Virus record (IMG/VR): IMGVR_UViG_3300037756_000102
Coordinates: 1 to 37,181 of that record
Direction: 5' to 3' (one strand)
Length of the DNA stretch: 37,181 nt
Source of the DNA: a virus
Taxonomy: Duplodnaviria > Caudoviricetes
Positions within the stretch are counted from its first letter, which is position 1; each line of letters begins with the position of its first letter. The translations under genes were made by a program, and so were the position numbers. The notes under the pieces were generated by a model. It was not told the origin of the DNA, ran no database searches, and was given only the letters and a program-made list of their open reading frames with translations. This document shows, one piece after another, positions 7,960-17,577 of the stretch.

Positions 7960-8124
7960 ATGGGGTGTCAGGAACTCGCTGCGATGCTTGAGCGGCACGC
8001 TTCCGAGCGTCAGTCGGCGGCACAGCGCGAGGGCGACCTAGCCGTTCGCCGACTCCAGAAGGCTCAGGACAAGGAGCAGAAGAACCACGTGAAGCGCTGC
8101 CCGTTCTGCAAGGAGGCGACCTGA
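7960..8124 (+). CDS. 54-aa hypothetical protein (C-terminal CPFC)
   Basis: Read by hand; GGAGG RBS; TGATG coupling to the next gene. Confidence 0.5.
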   Translation: MGCQELAAMLERHASERQSAAQREGDLAVRRLQKAQDKEQKNHVKRCPFCKEAT

Positions 8125-8327
8125 TGCGCGACCTGTTCTCCGGCGTCCATGCCTTCCTCGCGGCCGGCATCTCCTCATGGCCCTGGCTGGTGCTGGGGTC
8201 GGTGTTCCTGGCGGCCGGGGTATGCGTGTGCGCCGCGCACATTCCGGCGATGGATGTGTGGACCGGCGCGCGGAACGCGGACAAACCCTGCGGAATCCCA
8301 GACCCACCGAGGAAGGAGGGCCCCTGA
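8124..8327 (+). CDS. small membrane protein
   Basis: Hydrophobic segment; RBS AGGAGG; coupled on both sides. Confidence 0.5.
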   Translation: MRDLFSGVHAFLAAGISSWPWLVLGSVFLAAGVCVCAAHIPAMDVWTGARNADKPCGIPDPPRKEGP

Positions 8328-8677
8328 TGACCGATGTAGTGCGTCCCGACTGGCACGACCATGCGTTGTGCGACGGAACCAAAGACGAGGTGTTCTTCCC
8401 GGCCAGCCCCAACACGGCGGAAGACTGTGCCTTGACCGCACAGGCCCGGTACTGCCGACAGTGCCCCGTACGGACCCGGTGCCTTCAAGCGGCTCTCGAC
8501 AACCGCTCAGAAGGCATCTGGGCGGGGACCACCGAGTACCTGAGGAACCAGCTGAGAAGGGAACGCGACCGGGTCAAGTGCCCCGGTTGTCTGAACCAGA
8601 CCATCGCACGCGAAGAGAACACTGCCGCCTGTGTGGCGTGCGGACTGTCCTGGACCACCGACCGGAACACGGAGTAG
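8327..8677 (+). CDS. whiB: WhiB-family transcription factor with C-terminal Zn ribbon
   Basis: W..HALC...FFP...C.QCPVR..C...GIWAGTT; extra CPGC..CVAC. Confidence 0.9.
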   Translation: MTDVVRPDWHDHALCDGTKDEVFFPASPNTAEDCALTAQARYCRQCPVRTRCLQAALDNRSEGIWAGTTEYLRNQLRRERDRVKCPGCLNQTIAREENTAACVACGLSWTTDRNTE

Positions 8678-8681
8678 CGCG

Positions 8682-9728
8682 TCACATCACCACTGCCGCG
8701 GAGCGCTGGACATTGTGCTGAATGTCCAGCGCTCTTTTCCATGCCTCTTCCCACCGCCACACATGGTCAACGAGCTGGAGGCCGGCAGCCACCTCGCGGC
8801 CGGCCGCACTCATCTCCTGACGAAGAGCAGCCGACTCACGCATCCGCTTCAGCTCGCGGTACCAGACCCGCGGGCGCTCAGCGAGGACGCCCGCGCCCAT
8901 CCGGTTCAGCCGCACGTACTCCGGCCGCGGGGAGGCCACCCACGGCACACCGCAGGCGCTCATCTCAAGAGGCTTGAGCCAGGATTTCGACCGGTTGAAC
9001 TTGGTATCGGCCAGCGGGGCGATACCGATCCCCAGCGTGGACACGGCCCTGGGCCACTCCTGCATCTCCACCGCTCCGCCGTCCGGGTCCGCACTCAGGC
9101 CGAACGCCCTGCCGGCCCCGGTGTTGTCCCCGAACATGCGGAAGCGGGCGCCCTCGTTCACGATCCGTGCGACCGCCCCGCCCACCGCGTCGGGATCGTT
9201 CGGGTGGGAGTGGATGGACGCGGGCCAGCCGATCAGCTCCGAGTCGGTGCGCGGCAGCCCGTAGTAGTGCGCCGGGAGGTAGTTGTGCAGGACGTGCCCC
9301 CGGCCGTGCGAGGCGTACACGGGCAGCAGCGCGGGCGCGGACACGGTCACCAGCGTGGCGTTCCGGCAGGCGTCCGCGAGGTTGTGCCAGGAATGATCGG
9401 TGCCCGGCTTGATGGCACCCCACGCCGGATTGGACGGGTGCACCGAGGACAGATCGTCGTCCACGTCGATGACGACAGCGACGCCCTTGGCGCGGAGGAT
9501 CGGGACGGCCTGCCGCATCCACATGTGGGTCAGCCGCTGGAACACCACCACGTCAGCGTCTATCTCCACGTCCTTCACCACGTCGTGATCCATGTGGAGC
9601 CGGACCCTCCGGTCACGGGTGTTGATCACCTCCACGTCCAGCCCCCGGGCAGCAAGCATCTCCCCCGGCCAGATCATCCGGAAATGACCGCACGCGAACC
9701 GGTCCGCCGGATAGACGACGACCTTCAC
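8682..9728 (-). CDS. glycosyltransferase (GT-B, family 4-like)
   Basis: CG.FR..WP N-terminus, VIDVDDD, IGIAPL..FN.SKS.LK.LE...GVP.VAS motifs. Confidence 0.8.
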   Translation of the reverse strand: MKVVVYPADRFACGHFRMIWPGEMLAARGLDVEVINTRDRRVRLHMDHDVVKDVEIDADVVVFQRLTHMWMRQAVPILRAKGVAVVIDVDDDLSSVHPSNPAWGAIKPGTDHSWHNLADACRNATLVTVSAPALLPVYASHGRGHVLHNYLPAHYYGLPRTDSELIGWPASIHSHPNDPDAVGGAVARIVNEGARFRMFGDNTGAGRAFGLSADPDGGAVEMQEWPRAVSTLGIGIAPLADTKFNRSKSWLKPLEMSACGVPWVASPRPEYVRLNRMGAGVLAERPRVWYRELKRMRESAALRQEMSAAGREVAAGLQLVDHVWRWEEAWKRALDIQHNVQRSAAVVM

Positions 9729-9961
9729 TCGGCCGCCTTCGTCCGTGCCGGGCGCGTACGGGACGCAGCGGACCGGGCCGCACGTTCCTTCGCCACGTCT
9801 TCCACTAGGGCGTCCACAGCGGCTTTCAGCTCGGACACGGCGTTCTCCAGCGCGGTGACCCGGGCAGCCACCGCGTGCACCTCTTCATGCACCGTGTCCG
9901 CAGAACTGTCGGGCTGCGTCTCCTGCCGGATCAGATGTCTGATCCGCTCGTCCATCGACAT
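9725..9961 (-). CDS. hypothetical coiled-coil protein
   Basis: RBS; heptad pattern; coupled to the GT gene. Confidence 0.6.
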   Translation of the reverse strand: MSMDERIRHLIRQETQPDSSADTVHEEVHAVAARVTALENAVSELKAAVDALVEDVAKERAARSAASRTRPARTKAAE

Positions 9962-9975
9962 GCTTTCCCCTTCTG

Positions 9976-11025
9976 CTACATGGGCCAGTACAGCGCTTCG
10001 AGACGCGCGGCGGACACCGTCACCGGTCCGGTCTCCTCATAATGCAGGACCTCCAGACACAGCCGCTCCCGGCTGCTACCCGTCAGATGACCCGTCCAGC
10101 ACACCGTAAAGTCCCCGTTCCCCAGAGCCTGGACGGGCGAATCCGTGGGCAGCGCACTGGAGCGCTCATACACCCCGGGCTCCGTCTCCCGCCACTTGGA
10201 GAACCGGAACTTCACTTCCTCACCCCCGGTCAGCCCGGAAACGGTGACGCCGGCGGAAGCCGTGAAGAAACAGGGGCCGAACACGAAGCTGGTTCGGAGC
10301 GGCACTTCCGCCCATGAGGTTCCGTCGAACTCCTCATTGACACGGACACGCTCCCATTCCGCGGCCGGGACGGTCTGTGTGTGATCAGCTGACCGGTAGA
10401 TCCTGTGGTGCGGCACGTCTTCCTCCTCCGGTGCGCCCGGGCCGGCGAGGCGTGCCGCCACATCCGACCGGAACGCGTCCATATCGAAACTCGGATCGAC
10501 CTTCCGACGGGTACCTTCCTTGTGGCCGATGACGGAGTGCTCGGACCAGCCGTGCGCCCGGCACAGGGCGGCAGCCCACCGCACCGCCTGTTCGTACTGG
10601 ACGGCCGGGTAGGGATCGGATCCGTTCCCCAGGTTCTCTATCTCGATACCGTAGTAGTACCGGTTCCCGTCGACCGGTTCCGCGGTGTCCGGCCGGGGGT
10701 GGGTGCTGTCCTCCCGCACCACGGCATCGTGGGCGTTCTGTGCGAAGGTCCCGGCGTGGTTGGCGCGCCCGTGCCCCGTCAGCCACACAGTGCCGCCCTT
10801 GTCCAGGTACGCGTGCGACAGCGGGCCCGGCAGTCCCGAATACCCGTCATAGACCAGGTTCAGCGCGTTGTGGCCGGCCGTGTGGTGGATGACCACCCCG
10901 TTGACCGGTCCCCACGGGTTGACGTGGTTCCGGTTGTGCGTTCGCCAGTCCCGGTACTCCGTGAACCGGACATGCTCGAGCTCCATCGCGGAGAGCAGCG
11001 CGGAGACGCTGAGCGGTGATGCCAT
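9976..11025 (-). CDS. endolysin, N-acetylmuramoyl-L-alanine amidase (Amidase_2)
   Basis: VVIHHTAG, ANHAG, GIEIEN, IGHKE..RKVDP motifs; AGGAGG RBS supports the start at 11025. Confidence 0.9.
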   Translation of the reverse strand: MASPLSVSALLSAMELEHVRFTEYRDWRTHNRNHVNPWGPVNGVVIHHTAGHNALNLVYDGYSGLPGPLSHAYLDKGGTVWLTGHGRANHAGTFAQNAHDAVVREDSTHPRPDTAEPVDGNRYYYGIEIENLGNGSDPYPAVQYEQAVRWAAALCRAHGWSEHSVIGHKEGTRRKVDPSFDMDAFRSDVAARLAGPGAPEEEDVPHHRIYRSADHTQTVPAAEWERVRVNEEFDGTSWAEVPLRTSFVFGPCFFTASAGVTVSGLTGGEEVKFRFSKWRETEPGVYERSSALPTDSPVQALGNGDFTVCWTGHLTGSSRERLCLEVLHYEETGPVTVSAARLEALYWPM

Positions 11026-11033
11026 GGTGCCTC

Positions 11034-11570
11034 CTAGAGCGGCATGACGGACAGTTCGCGTTCCCTGAAGTTCCCCGTGTTGCCGCTGACGCGGTATTTG
11101 GCGGTGAACGTGTTCGAACCGGCCGTCAGGGGGATGAAGAACCCCGCGCCGATACGCATACGCGCGCCGGCCGAAAGCCCCGCCGTGGTGATGGCGCGCG
11201 CAGTTGTCGCGGCCAGCGACGTTGCCCCGCTGACCTCCACCGACACCAGACATGCGGAGACCGCCGCATCGTTGTCCATCGAGCAGCGCATCATGACCAG
11301 GGCGTTGTCTCCCGTATCCACGGTGACGATCGGTCCCGGGGTCGTCAGATCGGTGAAGACCACCGAAGAAGTGGACTCCGCAGTGTCAATGTAGGTGTCC
11401 TGGGGGAACCGCTCCACGATGGAGTTCACGCCGTTGCCAGCGAAAATGGACGAGACCTGTGTGGCCTTCGCCGGGGCCGTCTCGTTCAGGTTGTCCCGCA
11501 CGTGGGTGTTGAACTGCGCGGCGGTGAACACCGTGTTGGGTACCGCCGTCATGGGTGCTGTCCAGGCCAT
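11034..11570 (-). CDS. minor tail / tail-fibre-like protein
   Basis: MAWTAPMT...TAAQFNTHVRDNL N-terminus, beta-rich C-terminus; GGAGG RBS. Confidence 0.65.
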   Translation of the reverse strand: MAWTAPMTAVPNTVFTAAQFNTHVRDNLNETAPAKATQVSSIFAGNGVNSIVERFPQDTYIDTAESTSSVVFTDLTTPGPIVTVDTGDNALVMMRCSMDNDAAVSACLVSVEVSGATSLAATTARAITTAGLSAGARMRIGAGFFIPLTAGSNTFTAKYRVSGNTGNFRERELSVMPL

Positions 11571-11929
11571 CAGGCCGCCTCCCGCACATCTCCGGGCACG
11601 CCGTGCGCCCGGTTCTCGTCCCGCAGGTCTTCTGCGGACTGGCCGTGGGGGATACGGAACCGAGTCGCCCCCTCGTGATCCTTCGGGTACCAGTTCCGGG
11701 TATGTGGAACCGGTCGCAGCATGAGGACCGACATGATCTCTTCCTCCTGTGGGCACCACTCGATGACCGGAACGGACAGCAGGCAGGACGAGCACATGAA
11801 CTCGGTCTTCCGGCGGATCAGCTGCCCGCCCCGCTCCCGGTGGTGCAGCAGCTCCGTCCCCCCGCACCAGGGCCGTGGGCAGTCCGCGACCCACATCCCC
11901 GAGTACACATACGCTCTCACTCTGTCCAT
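11570..11929 (-). CDS. hypothetical Cys-rich protein
   Basis: W.ADCP..C, C..C and TRNW.P motifs; coupled within the tail operon. Confidence 0.6.
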   Translation of the reverse strand: MDRVRAYVYSGMWVADCPRPWCGGTELLHHRERGGQLIRRKTEFMCSSCLLSVPVIEWCPQEEEIMSVLMLRPVPHTRNWYPKDHEGATRFRIPHGQSAEDLRDENRAHGVPGDVREAA

Positions 11930-11940
11930 GCTGCCTCTCG

Positions 11941-13548
11941 TCATGTCGCGAACTCGTTCACGTCGAACTCGCTCTGCGCGTCCCAGATCCACACCGTGTT
12001 CGGGTTGTCCGCAGCGAACGGGTCGAAGAAACCGTCATCGAACCCGGCACCCGGCTTGTCGAAGGTGAACGGGTTCTCGTTCGGTGGCGGAAGAGTCTTC
12101 TCGCACCCCAGGACCACCGCGTGCACCGGGGGCATGTCCGGACCGATACGCCGGATCGTGTGCGCTGCGTTCTCCACGAAGAAATCCGAGTCCATGCCCA
12201 GTTCGTCATTGCGGATCGTGATCCGGTCGGACACCGTCCGCACGAAGATCTCCCGTAGATGTTCCGGGTCACAGGACACCACGCGCATGCGCACGGTCGG
12301 CCGGCGCGAGGCGTAGTTGGCGAGGATCACCAGCGCCACCGCCCGAACGTCCTCCAGTGTGGCGAACGGGATCGTCAGCGGGTAGAACCTGCGCCCGTTG
12401 GTGCCTGACGACGCTGTGTCCTCCTCCTGGATCGCGACTGTCCGGGCACGCTCCAGAGGGCGTGCCCGGAGCCTCATGAAACCGACCGTCGCCGGACCGC
12501 CTATCGACGTCACCCGGATGATCACCCCCTGTCCGGAGGTACGGGACAGGGTCGCGGACACGGTCCCGGTACCCGACCAGACGATGTCCGGGTCACTGCC
12601 TGTGGTGGTCGGCACCGCCGCGTCCTCGAACGGGACAGACGACTGGACACGGACGGACACCGTCTGTCCCGGGAGGATGGAGAACGGGGAGTCCGTCGAC
12701 CAGACGACCTGCCGGTAGGCGTTCCGCACCAGAACCGTCACGTCCTGTCCCACCACGTTGATGATGTCCCGCCACCCTGTCTCGTACACAAACGGCGCCG
12801 TGTACGAGAGACCCGTTACGGCAGGCGCGTCGCAGGACACCCGGGTGGCCGCGTAGGACGCCTGAGACGTGAGAGACCTCGGACGCAGAATCCGGTGGTG
12901 CCTGTCCCGGAAGACGAACGTGCCGTCCTTCTCCACATAGGCGATGGCCGGCGGGCCCTCCGCCAGGACCATTTCCTGTACCGCTGTGAATGCGTCCGTC
13001 TCCTCCGCCCACCAGAACGGCATGTACGTGGCGCCCACGTCGATATCGCGCCTGTCCGCAGGCCACCCCGCCTCGTCCAGGATCTCCGTGATGACCTCAC
13101 CGGTGCGCAGTGCCGGGAACAGGGGCGTGGACAGGACGACCGACTGGAGCTGAGCCAGGCCGTCAACGATCGTGAAGTCAGCTGTCGTGTCCCCCCTGTC
13201 CGGATGGACCGTGAAGTCGTCGATCCGGCCACGGAACAGGGGGAAATCCACACCGCCCAGGGCCGCGTCAAAGAACACGTCGCGGCCGGGGCCCAGCTCA
13301 TCGGCCAGCGGGGAGTCCGGGTTCTCCGGGGAGTACACCCGGTCCGCGTTGCACAGGGTGAAGCCGCCCACCCCGACCCTCCCCGGGGACAGCTGCCGGG
13401 ACTGATCCCGTCCGTAAGCTGCTGTCCAGCTGCCGTCCCCGAGTACGGACTGTGTGACATCGTCCCCGGTTCCGGTGACGACCCCGTCACCGTCCCAGTC
13501 CACCAGCAGTGTGTACGCCGCTCCGGTGACGCACGGGCTCCAGGTCAC
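11941..13548 (-). CDS. minor tail (baseplate hub-like) protein
   Basis: Directly after tape measure; YGRD, LFRG.I and G.FVFRDR motifs. Confidence 0.7.
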   Translation of the reverse strand: MTWSPCVTGAAYTLLVDWDGDGVVTGTGDDVTQSVLGDGSWTAAYGRDQSRQLSPGRVGVGGFTLCNADRVYSPENPDSPLADELGPGRDVFFDAALGGVDFPLFRGRIDDFTVHPDRGDTTADFTIVDGLAQLQSVVLSTPLFPALRTGEVITEILDEAGWPADRRDIDVGATYMPFWWAEETDAFTAVQEMVLAEGPPAIAYVEKDGTFVFRDRHHRILRPRSLTSQASYAATRVSCDAPAVTGLSYTAPFVYETGWRDIINVVGQDVTVLVRNAYRQVVWSTDSPFSILPGQTVSVRVQSSVPFEDAAVPTTTGSDPDIVWSGTGTVSATLSRTSGQGVIIRVTSIGGPATVGFMRLRARPLERARTVAIQEEDTASSGTNGRRFYPLTIPFATLEDVRAVALVILANYASRRPTVRMRVVSCDPEHLREIFVRTVSDRITIRNDELGMDSDFFVENAAHTIRRIGPDMPPVHAVVLGCEKTLPPPNENPFTFDKPGAGFDDGFFDPFAADNPNTVWIWDAQSEFDVNEFAT

Positions 13549-16500
13549 AGGAACTCCCCCACCACGGACGGCAGACGCCGCTGCCTGCGCAGGTCGTCCA
13601 GTGCGCCCGTCAACCAGTCCAGCATCTCCGTACGGGAACCGATGACACCCCGGTTCTCCAGCGTCAGGTTCACCACCGAAGGCTGCGTCGGCGGGGCCAC
13701 GGCCACGGCCACCGGGGATACGGCCAGCTGCAACGGGGCAGCATCCGGTCCCGCCACGGATCCGTTCACCTCGGCTGTCATGTTGAAGGGCTCGCGGACG
13801 GACCTCAGGATGTCCTCGGCCGCCCGGACCACATCCCGCTCCCGGTCGAGCATGCCCTGTGCGAACGCCTCTGAGACGGCTTCACCGGAGAAGGACACCC
13901 ACCCGCGCCCGGAGAACGGGCCCTCCTTGGCCGGGCTCCCGGGGAACAGGTTCCGGATGCTGCCGAGAAGGTTGCCCGCCACGTCCCGGGCCCGCTGGAA
14001 CTGGGACGTGATGCCGTCAATGAACCCTCCGATCAGGGCTGCACCCGCGTTGAACAGGAAGCCGCTCAGGTTCCCCAGTGCCCGGAGGATGCGCGCCGGG
14101 ATTCCAGCTGCCAGGCGGACCGCACTGAGACTGAACTGAATGAGTCCCGTCAGGAAGCCCCGGCCGCCGGCCAGTGCACTGCGGAGCAGCCGGTGGCTCA
14201 GCTCGGCCAGGGCCACCACGATGCGGCCGGGAAGCCGGATGAACAGCGCCACGACATTGCCCAGGAAGCCCGTCACGGCCTCTCTCGCCAGACCGAAGGC
14301 ACCAGAGAAGTCTCCCCGCAGCAAGGCGGCCACGGCCTGAAGCGCGGGCACCACCGTGTCCCGCAGGTGGGCTGCCAGGGCGCCCGCGAAAACTTCGGCA
14401 AGTGCGGACACCAGCCCGATCAGCGGCTCAAGGATGGCTATCAGTACGGTCAGCGCTTCGCTGATCAGCGACGCCAGCACGTCCAGTACCGGCCCCAGGA
14501 TCTCCGCCAGTGCGGCGAAGATATCAACCAGTGCCACGACCGTGGGAGTCAGGGAGGAGATCAGTTCCAGCACCACAGGGAGCAGTGCCTCTACCAGGAC
14601 CAGGAACAGATCGAGGATCGGCTGGAGGATCACCGGCAGCTGCTCAAGAACTGGTTGCAGTGCACCTGCCAGGGCGATCACCAGGGTTGTCACCACGGGC
14701 GCCAGCTGGGCAAGGACCTGGGCAGCCGCGTCGATAACGGGTATCAGCAGCGCGAACAACTGTGAGGCAGCCTGGAGGACGGGTGCCAGTGCGGGGCCGA
14801 TGGCGGCCACCAGTGCCAGCACTGCGGGCGCAACGTCGACGATCACCTGCGTGAGGGATCCGATGACCGGTTCCAGCGAGCTGAACAACTGCGCCACCGT
14901 TTGCAGGACGGACTGAATCGGGGCGCTCAGCTGCGAGATCAGGTCTCCGAGAATCCCCAGCAGCGGGGATACAGCCTCCAGCGCTGTGCCGAACGCACCG
15001 GCCAGCACCACCAGGAAGCCGGCCACCTCTTGCAGCAGTGGCCCCGCTTCCTCGAACACGTCCGACAGCAGCTCGGCCACGGCCAGTGACAGAGGCGCCA
15101 CCGCCTCGATCAGCGTGGTGAAGACGTCGGCCAGGATGCCCAGCAGCGGGGACAGTGTGGTGATCAGGCCCAGGAAGACAGGCAGCACCGACTGAGCCAT
15201 GTCGCTGAGCACAGCCAGTACCGGGGCCACCGCAGTGACCAGCGCGCCGAAAACCTGGGCCAGAGTGTCCAGCACTCCGGACAGGACCGGAACCATGGTG
15301 TCCGTCAGCGTCCCGAACGTGTCCAGCAATGGATCCAGGAATCCGGTCAGTGTGTCCAGCGCCGGGGCCAGTGTCCCGGACACCGCGTCGGCCAGCTGCT
15401 CGACCAGGGGCGCGAGGGCGGTGAACACCTGGGCCAGGGCATCGAACACGAATTCGAGTGCCGGACCGAAGGCAGCGATCAGCTGTCCCGCCACGACCAG
15501 CAGCGGGGCGAAAGCTTCCGCGAACGCACCCAGTGACTGAGCCAGGGCCACGACCACCGGGCTGAGCGCGTCCATCACCGGTGTGAGACCGTCCGACAGG
15601 GCCTGCACCAGGGTCTGAATGGGGCCGATCAGGACGTCTGCCGCCTCCAGGACAGTCCGCAGGACCGTGGCGAAGATCGGGCCGACCGAGTTCGCTATGA
15701 GACTCATCGTGTCGGCCAGACCAACAAGGACATCCTGGAAAAGTGTCGTCTCCGTGGCCGATTCCAGGATTTCGAAAACGTCCTGGACAGCATCGAGAAA
15801 GACTTCTGCTGTGGTGCCTGTGGCGCTGATGATGTTGTTCAGCGAACTGAACGCGCTTCCCGCGATGTCCCCCAGCTGCCCCAGGATGTCCAGAGAGCGA
15901 TCAACGGCACCCTCCAGGGCCCCTGACTCAACAGCACCCGCCAAGGACTCCACGGCCCCCTCCAGGGCCCCGCTGGCGGCATCCCCGATCCGCGTCAGGC
16001 CTGGAGAAGCCCCCTCCGCCAGCAGAACCAGAGAACGCAGCAAGTTTCCGGGGATCGTGGACAGAGACGCAAGTCCCTCGTTGGCGCCTGCCAGCGCACG
16101 TCCCAGGGAACCGGACTCGGACAGTTCGTTGGCCGCCTCCGCTGTGCCCTGGGCCATGTTCCGCATCACAGCGGCTGTTTCCGTCAGACCGGTCTCCAGC
16201 ACCGGCAGCGTGGTGGTTGCCAGGTCCCGCAGAGTCCCGTCAAGACCCTCGAAGAACTCCTGCTGAACAGCTTGCTGGAACGCCCGGAAATCCCCGCTGA
16301 GCGCCTGCACCTCCAGAGCGAACGCCTGTGCGGAAGGCGCCAGGTTCTCCAGGGCTGCCGCGAAATCCTCGGCCGAGGTCTCCCCGCTGGCGAACGCCGC
16401 CTCGATGGCATCGCCCATGCCTGCGGTGGCCAGCTGAACAGCGCCCGCAGCAGCGCCCACAGCGAGGATCGCCGGAGCGGCTGTGGCAGCGGCCGGACCG

Positions 16501-16685
16501 ATGGCGGCAGCGGTGGACACGATCCCGCCCAGAGCGGGCGCCAGGGACCCCAGGGCCGCACCGGTCAGCGCCAGGGAACGCGAGGTGCTCTGGGCGAACG
16601 CCGCGATGGCGCGCCGTGCCGGGGAGGTGTCCGCCTCCACGTCGATGCGCGTGGTACCGAGATCCTCACCACCGGGAGTGCTCAC
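13545..16685 (-). CDS. tape measure protein
   Basis: 1046 aa, Ala/Leu-rich helical repeats with periodic Pro, SPAKEGPF motif; follows the chaperones. Confidence 0.9.
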   Translation of the reverse strand: MSTPGGEDLGTTRIDVEADTSPARRAIAAFAQSTSRSLALTGAALGSLAPALGGIVSTAAAIGPAAATAAPAILAVGAAAGAVQLATAGMGDAIEAAFASGETSAEDFAAALENLAPSAQAFALEVQALSGDFRAFQQAVQQEFFEGLDGTLRDLATTTLPVLETGLTETAAVMRNMAQGTAEAANELSESGSLGRALAGANEGLASLSTIPGNLLRSLVLLAEGASPGLTRIGDAASGALEGAVESLAGAVESGALEGAVDRSLDILGQLGDIAGSAFSSLNNIISATGTTAEVFLDAVQDVFEILESATETTLFQDVLVGLADTMSLIANSVGPIFATVLRTVLEAADVLIGPIQTLVQALSDGLTPVMDALSPVVVALAQSLGAFAEAFAPLLVVAGQLIAAFGPALEFVFDALAQVFTALAPLVEQLADAVSGTLAPALDTLTGFLDPLLDTFGTLTDTMVPVLSGVLDTLAQVFGALVTAVAPVLAVLSDMAQSVLPVFLGLITTLSPLLGILADVFTTLIEAVAPLSLAVAELLSDVFEEAGPLLQEVAGFLVVLAGAFGTALEAVSPLLGILGDLISQLSAPIQSVLQTVAQLFSSLEPVIGSLTQVIVDVAPAVLALVAAIGPALAPVLQAASQLFALLIPVIDAAAQVLAQLAPVVTTLVIALAGALQPVLEQLPVILQPILDLFLVLVEALLPVVLELISSLTPTVVALVDIFAALAEILGPVLDVLASLISEALTVLIAILEPLIGLVSALAEVFAGALAAHLRDTVVPALQAVAALLRGDFSGAFGLAREAVTGFLGNVVALFIRLPGRIVVALAELSHRLLRSALAGGRGFLTGLIQFSLSAVRLAAGIPARILRALGNLSGFLFNAGAALIGGFIDGITSQFQRARDVAGNLLGSIRNLFPGSPAKEGPFSGRGWVSFSGEAVSEAFAQGMLDRERDVVRAAEDILRSVREPFNMTAEVNGSVAGPDAAPLQLAVSPVAVAVAPPTQPSVVNLTLENRGVIGSRTEMLDWLTGALDDLRRQRRLPSVVGEFL

Positions 16686-17035
16686 AGGGCAACACCCATC
16701 GAGGCGAGGAAACTCGAGCTGGCCTCTTCCTCACCCTGCCACCACCAGGGGGCCCCGGGATCGGGCCGTTCCACGTCCGTGGCCTTGTGCAGGGGTGTGC
16801 CCCACCCGGACACGCCAAGTTGTCCGTCAAACGCCTTCCGGGCGTTCTCCGGACTCTGGCCCTCAGCGGGCTGGATACGGCGTGTCATCTCGCTGTAGAT
16901 CAGGTTCAGGAAACGGTCTGAGGGGAGAGAGAGGAGATCGATACCGCAGGATGCTGCGCGTCCGTCGAGTTCATGCCAGGTGACTGGTCCGCAGCCCCAG
17001 GTGAGGAGATCGAGGACGGTACGGTAGGGCGCTTC
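16682..17035 (-). CDS. tail assembly chaperone, frameshifted (T) segment
   Basis: Overlapping -1 frame (..PYRTVLDLLTW..LPSDRFLNLIY) between chaperone and tape measure; no clear start of its own. Confidence 0.55.
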   Translation of the reverse strand, partial: EAPYRTVLDLLTWGCGPVTWHELDGRAASCGIDLLSLPSDRFLNLIYSEMTRRIQPAEGQSPENARKAFDGQLGVSGWGTPLHKATDVERPDPGAPWWWQGEEEASSSFLASMGVAL

Positions 17036-17334
17036 CCGTAGTGCTCCATGAGCCACACGATCACGTCGTTGAGCTGGTTCACGTCGATGGGCGCGGCCAA
17101 ATCCTTCATGCGGGCAGCGAACCGCTCGTATGACTCGGGGAGCAGCACCATCGACAGAGCCTCGTACAGGGGCGCTACGTCGGCGCTGCCGGGGCTGTCG
17201 CGCAGACCGGAGAAGCGGGCCGCGAATTCCGCGAGGGTGCCGGCCGGGAGCGCCGGGGCCGCCTCGAACATGTCGTCGTCGATACGGAAGCGGATCGGCT
17301 CCCGCTTCCTTGAGAAGTCCTTCACACCGTCCAT
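16906..17334 (-). CDS. tail assembly chaperone (G)
   Basis: Position upstream of tape measure; ends ..YGKRPT plus Ser-rich tail. Confidence 0.7.
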   Translation of the reverse strand: MDGVKDFSRKREPIRFRIDDDMFEAAPALPAGTLAEFAARFSGLRDSPGSADVAPLYEALSMVLLPESYERFAARMKDLAAPIDVNQLNDVIVWLMEHYGKRPTVPSSISSPGAADQSPGMNSTDAQHPAVSISSLSPQTVS

Positions 17335-17384
17335 GGGGCCACGGTACGGAGAGGAAAACCAAGATCATTCCGGGAGAGTGCCCG

Positions 17385-17528
17385 GAGTGCCCGGAGTGGG
17401 CAAAAAGACATCCTCCCCCATACGTCTGACTGTCTCTAGGTACCTGTACATTACAAGCAATGCATCACTCTGGATGCAGAGTGAGAGACGTATGGGGGAG
17501 GATGTCTTTTTGCCCACTCCGGGCACTC
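17385..17528. repeat. perfect 43-bp inverted repeat with 58-bp AT-richer spacer
   Basis: Arms 17385-17427 and 17486-17528; intergenic. Confidence 0.95.
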
Positions 17529-17577
17529 TCCCTACACCGGCATACGCCCGCACTTCCGGCGAACCGGACACTCGGGG

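Noticed and set aside
8631-10109. 492-aa plus-strand ORF; likewise 12895-14139, 24072-25394 and 31791-32876
   Set aside because: Codon-aligned antisense shadows of GC3-rich genes, with no motifs or RBS, unlike the HNH at 32972
17365-17571. ORFs on both strands sharing the peptide VGKKTSSPIRL
   Set aside because: Artefact of the 43-bp inverted repeat
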